Source: Chrysomallon squamiferum (taxonomy: Eukaryota; Animalia; Mollusca). Taken from it: DNA of 64,000 bases. The notes below the pieces were generated by a model that worked only from the letters and a program-made list of their open reading frames with translations, ran no database searches and was not told the DNA's origin. Made by a program: the position numbers and the translations under genes. The DNA is taken from NCBI GenBank assembly GCA_012295275.1, contig CM022677.1:682001-746000 (forward strand), written 5' to 3'. Shown here in pieces: positions 55,002 through 64,000 of the stretch; position 1 is the stretch's first letter, and the number at the start of each line of letters is the position of its first letter.

Positions 55002-57080
55002 AATAATAAATAAATATCAGAATATTAATAAAATACAAAAGAAATAATACATTCTGAAATTAAAAACACATTCTATCAAATGACACAATAAATTATTTTA
55101 TTTACTGATTTTTTTATTTTTTATTTTAACAACAAGCAAGGTAGACAGGATAGAATAAATAAATAAGTAAACAAATAAATAAAGTATCAAACTGTATTGT
55201 GGAAAATCGATATAACTTTTAGTTTCCTTAGTGAGTACATCTCACGTAAGGGACCTAACTTTAAACTCTGTTCATGAACACATATCACTAAAGGGAGATA
55301 AGTCTAATCGATATAATTCTTACTGTGCTTAGTGAGTACATCTCAAGTAATGGACCTAACTCTAATCTGTCTTTGTGAACACATATCACTAAAGGGACAT
55401 AAGTCTAATCTATATAATGTTTACATTCCTTAGTGAGTACATCTCAAGTAATGAACCTAACTCTAATCTGTGTTTGTGAACACATATCACTAAAGGGAGA
55501 TAATTCTAAAGGATATGATTTTTAGTTTCCTTAGTATATATATATATAACCATACACACAAACACACACATACAAACATATACAGAGAAACATCTCCTAC
55601 TGAATGCATATACAATTCTAAAAGAAACAAAATTTAATAATAAATAAACATCAGAATATTAATAAAATACAAAAGAAATAATAAATTCTGATATGAGAAA
55701 CCCATTCTATCAAATGACACAATAAATTATTTTATTTACTGATTTTTATTTTATTTTAACAACAAGCAAGGTAGACAGGATAGAATAAATAAATAAGTAA
55801 ACAAATAAATAAAGTATCAAACTGTATTGTGGAAAATCGATATAATTTTTAGTTTCCTTAGTGAGTACATCTCACGTAAGGGACCTAACTCTAAACTCTG
55901 TTCGTGAACACATATCACTAAAGGGAGATAAGTCTAATCGATATAATTCTTACTGTGCTTAGTGAGTACATCTCAAGTAATGGACCTAACTCTAATCTGT
56001 CTTTGTGAACACATATCACTAAAGGGACATAAGTCTAATCTATATAATGTTTACATTCCTTAGTGAGTACATCTCAAGTAATGAACCTAACTCTAATCTG
56101 TGTTTGTGAACACATATCACTAAAGGGAGATAATTCTAAAGGATATGATTTTTAGTTTCCTTAGTATATATATATATAACCATACACACAAACACACACA
56201 TACAAACATATACAGAGAAACATCTCCTACTGAATGCATATACAATTCTAAAAGAAACAAAATTTAATAATAAATAAACATCAGAATATTAATAAAATAC
56301 AAAAGAAATAATAAATTCTGATATGAGAAAACATATCACCATTCTATCAAATGACACAATAAATTATTTTATTTACTGATTTTTATTTTATTTTAACAAC
56401 AAGCAAGGTAGACAGGATAGAATAAATAAATAAGTAAACAAATAAATAAAGTATCAAACTGTATTGTGGAAAATCGATATAATTTTTAGTTTCCTTAGTG
56501 AGTACATCTCACGTAAGGGACCTAACTTTAAACTCTGTTCATGAACACATATCACTAAAGGGAGATAAGTCTAATCGATATAATTCTTACTGTGCTTAGT
56601 GAGTACATCTCAAGTAATGGACCTAACTCTAATCTGTCTTTGTGAACACATATCACTAAAGGGACATAAGTCTAATCTATATAATGTTTACATTCCTTAG
56701 TGAGTACATCTCAAGTAATGGACCTAACTCTAATCTGTGTTTGTGAACACATATCACTAAAGGGAGATAAGTCTAATCGATATAATTCTTACTTTCCTCA
56801 GTGAGTACATCTCAAGTAATGGACCTAACTCTAATCTGTGTTTGTGAACACATATCACTAAAGGGAGGTAAGTCTAATCAATATAATTGTTACATTCCTT
56901 CGTGAGTACATCTCAATTAATGGACCTAACTCTAATCTGTGTTTCTGAACACATATCACAAAAGGGAGATCATTCTATATATATATATATAACCATACAC
57001 ACAAGCACACACATACACACATATACAGAGAAACATCTCCTACTGAACGCATATACAATTCTAAAAGAAACAAAATTAAT
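55002..57080. repeat. Higher-order satellite: three ~630-bp units with 3, 3 and 5 internal 101-bp subunits
   Basis: Unit marker gaatattaataaaatac at 55020, 55654 and 56284; subunit marker agtgagtacatctc at 55230, 55331 and 55432. Confidence 0.92.
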
Positions 57081-57099
57081 TAAAAAGACCATTGCAATC

Positions 57100-57565
57100 T
57101 TTTTCTGTGCCAAATTTTAGAATTAACTTTTTTATATTTTACTGAAGATGCATCTTATGATTACATGCAAGAGTTGACTGGTGGAGGTAACGAATCAATA
57201 TGTGATTGGTTCAACATGTGTCGTGACATTTGTACCCAAATTGTTTCCGTTAACAATCGTGGAGAAATGATAAGAACTGATGAAGAGCACTGAATATCGA
57301 CGAAGCTCGGTTTGCAGGGCGCCAGTAATACAACAGAGGGAGGATGCTACAAGGAGACCACGCCCGTGATTCAACTGATGAGAGCAGAAAAAACAACCGA
57401 ATCCATGGAAGACGCATTGATGGAACCAGAGTCTGAAGACGGGTGCACACTGTTGGCTGAGAACCCATAATTTGCAAGATATTTGGTTATTCATTCTACG
57501 AATGACCAGCATAATTTAAATGGTCTGAATTTCAGCCATCCTACTGTCAATCACCAATGACATTT
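57100..57565 (+). mobile_element. Degenerate Merlin (IS1595/ISXO2-like) DDE transposase fragment
   Basis: Across frameshifts: ELTG..NESICDWFNMCRDIC, NIDEARFAGRQ*YNRGRMLQGD, HGRRIDG, VIHS, NLNGLNFSHPTVNHQ. Confidence 0.8.
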
Positions 57566-57629
57566 TGTTGATTAGCACACTCCAGTATTGAAAGAACCTG
57601 TTTGGTTTCTCTTTTGGCTTTTCTGGAGA

Positions 57630-58417
57630 TCTCTTTCTCTCTGACTGTCTGACTGACTGTCTCTCTATCTCTCGCTCTGCTTGTCTCTCTCTCTTTCTCT
57701 CACTCACTCTCTTTCTCTCTGCCTGTCTCTATCTCTCGCTCTGGTTGTCTCTCTATCTCTCTTTCCTGTCTCTCCCCTATCCGTCCATCTGTCTCTCTGT
57801 CGCTCTCTCTTTCTCTTTCTCTGTCCCTCTATATCTCTCTCTGTCTGACTCTCTCTGTCTCTCTCTATCTCTCTCTGTCCCTATCTCTCTTTCTTCCTCT
57901 TCTTCTTCTCCCTCTCCCTCTGTCTCTCGCTTTCTCTCTCTCTCTTTCTCCCTCCCCGTCTATCTCTGTCTCTCTCTCTGTCACTCTCTCTTCATCACTC
58001 TGTCTCTCTCTGTCACTATTTCTTCCTCACTCTGTCTCTCTCAGTCACTCTCTCTTCCTCACTCTGTCTCTGTCTGTCACTATCTCCCTCTGTCTCTGTA
58101 TCTACCCATGTGTCTTTCTCTCTGTTCTCTCTCTTTCTCTCTATGACTCCCTCAGTCTCTTTCTCTGTCTCTCTGTGTCACTCTGTCTATCTCCTTGTCT
58201 GTCTCTCTCAGTATCTCTCTGTCTCCCTCTGTTTCCTTCTCCGTCTGTCTCTGTCTCTCTTCCTCTCACTGTCTATCTCTGTGTCTGACTCTTTCTCTTT
58301 CTCTCAGCCTCTCTGATTCTCTCTGTCTCTGTTTCTCTCTCTCTCTGTCTGTCTCTGTATCTCTCTCATCTCTCTCTCTCTTTCCCTCTCTGACTTTCTC
58401 TCTCTATCTCTCTCTCT
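57630..58417. repeat. Degenerate (CT)n/(CTGT)n polypyrimidine tract, ~0.8 kb
   Basis: Directly visible. Confidence 0.95.
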
Positions 58418-59029
58418 AACTTCCTTTCTTCTCTCCAAACAAAATTAACAATTTTACCTAAAGCAAAGTTAACCAACAGCAAAAGCAACAGCTATAACAG
58501 CAATTATTAACAATAACAATAATAATAAAAACAGTAATAATTATGTATACAATAAAAATACAATATTAACAATATATCATCAATAAAAATATAAGAAATA
58601 AAATAAAATAATATTAGATGAAACTCACAGACATACGCATATACACAAAAACTTAATGAATTCATGTTCCATACCAAACTCTGGAAATCATCATATTTGT
58701 GAAATTTAAATAACGTATCTGTATGAAAACGCAGAAAAACAATGTTTACATGTATTTCAAATTTATATACCACATTTTTAGAGTGAAATGAAATGTTTAT
58801 GAAAACATACAAACTTACAGTCCTAGAGGAACCCAAGTCTCTCTTTTTCTAACAAATAACATATACAACTTTCACGTGTCAGAACGGAATTTACTAACAA
58901 ATACTGAAAAAGGAAAATAAAAATAATAATAATGATATATCTTTGAATTTAGATTTCTGTTTCATTTAAATAATTTAGTTAAGTGCTAAACAAATTAAGA
59001 AAAAGTTAATCAAAATAAAATATAAACTC

Positions 59030-62000
59030 GTATCTGGACTGTATTGATTAGCAGGCTAATACTTCCCATACTGACTTTCTTCATTTCATTATTCAGAAGG
59101 AAACCAGAGAATACTAAATGAGTGAAGAAAAAATTTTAAAAATTTAGGCGACGTCGTTTCACTGCTGTATTTAGAGTCGCCTCCCTTCTGCGACGTGTCT
59201 TCACTGGCACATTTAGAGTCGCCTCCCTTATTGAAGATCTCTTGACTGGTTTATTTAGAGAAGCCTCCCTTACGTGAGATATGTTCACTGGTTTTTAAGA
59301 AGTAAAGGTACAAAGAAAAGAAAGAACGAAGGAAAGAAAGAAAAGAAAGAAAACATTGAAGCAGATTAGCGAATGAACAAACCGGAAGAATGAATAAAGA
59401 TAGAAATAACTAATAAAAAAGATCCAAACGTGGTACTCTTTAAAGGGAGCATTCTTTTCAGCGTTTATTCAAAATAAAATATAAAATCATATGTAGACTG
59501 AATTGATTAGCAGATTAACAATTTCCATACTGAATTTCTTCATTTGATTACTGAGAAAGAAAAGAGAGAATATTCACTGACTGAAGAAAAAATAAATAAA
59601 ACTTATGCGAGTTGTGTTCACTGATAAATTTAGAGTGGCCTCCCTTATGTGAGATGTATTCACTGCTATATTTAGAGTGGCTTCCCTTACGTGAGATGTG
59701 TTCACTGGTATATTTAGAGTGGCTTCCCTTATGTGAGATGTATTCACTGCTTTTTAGAGTGGCTTCCCTTATGTGAGATGTGTTCACTGGTATATTTAGA
59801 GTGCCCTCCCTTATGCGAGATGTGTTCACTGTTATATTTAGAGTGGCCTCCCTTATGTGGTTTTTAGATTCGCCCCCCTTATGTGAGATCTGTTCACTGG
59901 TATATTTAGAGTGGCCTCCCTTATGTGGTTTTTAGATTCGCCCCCCTTATGTGAGATTTGTTCACTAGTATAGTTACAATAGCCTACCTCATGCGAGATG
60001 TGTTCAGTGGTATTAAGAAAATAACAAAGAAAATTCGATTACAAAAGCATAAATAAACAGTCAGTGAGAGCAGAGTGTATGAACTGATTAAAAATATATG
60101 ATAAATAAATAATAAATAAATCATAATATGAAAAAATGAAGAATGATGGAATGAATGAAAGAAAGGAAACAAAAGATAGAAAATATGGAAAGAAAGAAAG
60201 AAAGAAAGGTGGAAAAGAAAGAACGAAGAAAAGAAAGAAAACATTGAAGCAGGCGAGTGAATGAAAAAAACGGAAGAATGAATAAAGATAGAAATAACTA
60301 ATAAAAAATATCCAAGCGTGGTACTCTTTAAACGCAGCATTCTTTTCAGCTTTTATTCAAAATAAAATATAAAATCATATGTAGACTACATTGATTAGCA
60401 GATTAAGAATTTCCATACTGAATTTCTTCATTTGATTACTGAAAAAGAAAAGAGAATACTCACTGACTGAAGAAAAAAAATCAATAAAATTTATGCGAGT
60501 TGTGTTCACTGGTAAATTTAGAGTGGCCTCCCTTATGTGAGATGTATTCACTGGTATATTTAGAGTCGCCTCCCTTACGTGAGATGTGTTCACTGGTATA
60601 TTTAGAGTGGCATCCCTTATGTGAGATGTGTTCACTGGTATATTTAGAGTGGCCTCCCTTATGTGAGATGTGTTCACTAGTATAGTTACAATAGCCTACC
60701 TCATGCGAGATGTGTTCACTGGAATTAAGAAAATAACAAAGAAAATTCGATTACAAAAGCATAAATAAACAGTCAGTGAGAGCAGAGTGTATGAACTGAC
60801 TAAAAATGTATAATAAATAAATAATAAATAAATCCTAATATGAAAAAAAAGAATGATGGAAACAATGAAAGAAAGGAAACAAAATATAGAAAATATGGAA
60901 GGGAAGAAAGAAAGAAAGGTAGAAAAGAAAGAAGTAAAGGCAGAAAGAAAAGAAAGAACGAAGGAAAGAAAGAAAAGAAAGAAAACGTTGAAGCAGGCGA
61001 GCGAATGAACAAAACGGAAGAATGAATAAAGATAGAAATAACTAATAAGATATATCTAAGCGTGGTACTCTTTAAACGCAGCAATCTTTTCAGCTTTTAT
61101 TTAAAATAAAATATAAAATCACATGTAGACTGTATTGATTAGCAGGTTAAGATTTTCCATACTGAATTTCTTCATTTGAAAACAGAGTAAGAAAACAGGG
61201 AATATTAACAACTGAAGAAAAAAAAAAAAAAAAAATGTTTATGTGAAATGTGTTCACTGGTTTTTAGATTCGCCTCCCTTACATGTGTTCTCTGTTATAT
61301 TTAGAGTGGCCTCCCTTATGTGAGATGTATTCACTGGTATATTTAGAGTGGCCTCCCTTATGTGAGATGTGTTCCCTAGTTTTTAGATTCGCCTCCCTTA
61401 TGTGAGATCTGTTCACTGGTTTATTTAGAGTGCCCTCCCTTATGCGACATGTGTTCACTGTCATATTTAGAGTAGCCTCCCTTATGTGAGATCTGTTCAC
61501 TGGTATAGTTGCAATAGCCTACCTCATGCGAGATGTGTTCAGTGGTATTTAGAAAATAACAAATTCGATTACAAACGCATAAATAAACAGTCAGTGAGAG
61601 CAAAGTGTATGAACTGATTAAAAATATATGATAAATAAATAATAAATAAATCATAATATAAAAAAAAAAAAAAATGATGGAAAGAATGAAAGAAAGGAAA
61701 TAGATAGAAAAGATTGAAAGAAAAGAAAGAAGTAAAGATAGAAAGAAATAAGAACGAAGGAAAGAAATTAAAAGAAAGAAAACATTGAAGCAGTCGAGCG
61801 AATGAACAAAACGGAAGAATGAATAAAGAGAGAAATAACTAATAAAAAATATCCAAGCGTGGTACTCTTTAAACGCAGCATTCTTTTCAGCTTTTATTCA
61901 AAATAAAATATAAAATCATATGTAGACTGCATTGATTAGCAGGTTTAGAATTTCCATACTGAATTTTTTCATTTGATTACTGACAAAGAAAAGAGAGAAT

Positions 62001-62871
62001 ACTCACTGACTGAAGTAAAAATAAATGAAATTTATGCGAGTTGTGTTCACTGGTAAATTTAGAGTGGCCTCCTTTATGTGAGATGTATTCACTGCTATAT
62101 TTAGAGTGGCTTCCCTTATGTGAGATGTATTCACTGCTATATTTAGAGTGGCTTCCCTTATGTGAGATGTATTCACTGCTATATTTAGAGTGGCTTCCCT
62201 TATGTGAGATGTTCACTGCTATATTTAGAGTGGCCTCCCTTATGTGAGATGTGTTCACTGTTATATTTAGAGAGGCCTCCCTTATGTGAGATCTGTTCAC
62301 TGGTTTTTAGATTCGCCTCCCTTATGTGAGATCTGTTCACTGGTTTATTTAGAGTGCCCTCCCTTATGCGACATGTGTTCACTGTCATATTTAGAGTAGC
62401 CTCCCTTATGTGATATCTGTTCACTGGTATATTTAGAGTGTCCTCTCTTATGCGAGATGTGTTCACTAGTATAGTTACAATAGCCTACCTCATGCGAGAT
62501 GTGTTCAGTGGTATTAAGAAAATAACAAAGAAAATTCGATTACAAAAGCATAAATAAACAGTCAGTGAGAGCAGAGTGTATGAACTGATTAAAAATGTAT
62601 GATAAATAAATAATAAATAAATCATAATATGAAGAAAAAAAGAATGATGGAATGAATGAAAGATAGGAAACAAAAGATAGAAAATATGGAAAGAAAGAAA
62701 GAAAGAAAGGTAGAAAAGAAGGAAGTAAAGGTAGAAAGAAAAGGAATAACGAAGGAAAGAAAGAAAAGAAAGAAAACATTCAAGCAGGCGAGCGAATAGA
62801 AAAAACAGAAGAATGTATAAAGATAGAAATAACAAATAAAAGATATCCAAGCGTGGTACTCTTTAAATGCA
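59030..62871. repeat. Higher-order satellite: clusters of a 42-bp minisatellite within ~0.45-0.9-kb units with GA-rich tracts
   Basis: Unit tgtgttcactggtatatttagagtggcctcccttatgtgaga, which gives the 14-aa periodic ORFs. Higher-order marker (g)tagact..attgattagcag at ~59035, 59493, 60381, 61125 and 61922. Confidence 0.92.
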
Positions 62872-62872
62872 C

Positions 62873-63774
62873 CCCAGCAGACGATATACACATGATGTTG
62901 CCATGATATCAGAACTTCTCCATTTAGGTATTTCACTCTTTGTCTGTATGTGTGTAAAAATTACATACGATTTGTAAACATTAGTTTATTGGTTACGTAA
63001 ACAGCCCTCGTCGCAGATTTGAGCTTCGTTTTAATAAAAAAAATTTTTGACTTTATCAATATTTTATAACAACTTTTGGACACCAAATGGATTATCGAAA
63101 CGAGTTAAATCGAACAAACAAACAACAACACAGACAATAAATAATAATAAGGAACAAATTAAAATAAATAAATAAATAAAAATAAAAATCTGGAATGACA
63201 TCATTTTACAGGAAAATGTTATTAGAATGTGTTTTCTTGAAGAGATAAAGTAGATGTTATTAATAATAAAAAGTATTTATGTGCTGGCATGTCTTTACGG
63301 ACGAGTATGGTAAGGTGTTGTCTATTCTTGTTTTTATAGGATGTAATGTGCAAATAACCTGTGTCAGTAACATTTATTGTAGGTTTTTAATGTCCTCCGT
63401 GCAGATTCTTATTTTGTGTTGGTGCCCTTTATAACCTTACTCGTATCATTAATCAAAATGATTTAAACTTATGTTTTATAATGTATTATTATCAAGGAAC
63501 CTGTATATCATAATTAAATAATTAATGTAAACCTTAACTTGTATAGTGGATAGGTAGACTTACTGATTTATATAGTTTGCTGTCATTTTGGCGTTTATAT
63601 TCCTAGTAAGGTGGCCATTAAAGCACCTTGTTACCTTATGTGAGCCTTAATAAAACATCCAAGGTGTTTAAAGGTGTGATCACGTGACAGTCGTCTCTTT
63701 ATAACACTCCACAGTGAACCATCATAACACATTTCTGAACAGCAGTATTTACACTTACTCTAATTAATACGCAT
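62873..63774 (+). repeat. Inverted copy of 13044-13936, starting with the 3' part of exon 2 (62873-62927)
   Basis: cccagcagacgatatacacatgatgttgccatg…catttag|gtattt followed by intron 2 sequence. Confidence 0.9.
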
Positions 63775-64000
63775 ATCGAAAGGGAAACAGGAATAGGGGA
63801 AATGTCACTGGCGACATACCACAAAGAAATAAAACCAACAATAAACACACCTTTCCTGATCAAAAGAGAAACTGACAAAACAGAGATCCCACCGTTCAAA
63901 AAAGCCATTTTTTTGGCAGCAGCAAACGACCACTACAAACAACACACGCACATCTACACTGACGGATCCAAAAACCCAGACAACGGGAGAGTAGGATTCG
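63775..64000 (+). mobile_element. LINE RNase H fragment, running off the window end
   Basis: …HYKQHTHIYTDGSKNPDNGRVGF; same host/LINE junction as at 13043. Confidence 0.9.

Noticed and set aside
59150-62500. CRISPR-like array or 14-aa repeat protein
   Set aside because: Units are head-to-tail with no unique spacers and no cas genes; the ORFs are by-products of a 42-bp period

Overview
AT-rich, microsatellite-dense eukaryotic (animal) DNA. The 5S sequence looks mollusc/lophotrochozoan-like; this is an inference. No intact protein-coding gene is visible. The window is a mosaic of segmental duplications with five main parts. (1) A scrambled minus-strand array of exons from a secreted MEMO1/LigB-fold (TTE1956-like) gene: exon 1 once, exon 2 four full times, exon 3 once intact and twice truncated, exon 4 truncated. 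(2) An RNase H-encoding I/Nimb-type LINE whose ends are marked by a 12-bp TSD (8104-8115 / 25732-25743). Its RNase H is split by a 3.5-kb 5S rDNA block flanked by a ~24-bp duplication. (3) Three versions of that 5S block, carrying two 5S genes and two 5S-less promoter+terminator units, plus hairpins in the spacer. (4) A ~8-kb inverted duplication whose left arm ends exactly at a 200-N gap, so it may be an assembly artefact; it contains a pogo-like PHD-finger transposase remnant. (5) A Merlin/IS1595-like transposase remnant between two related higher-order satellites (101-bp and 42-bp units) in opposite orientation. All family calls are by motif recognition, without database searches.
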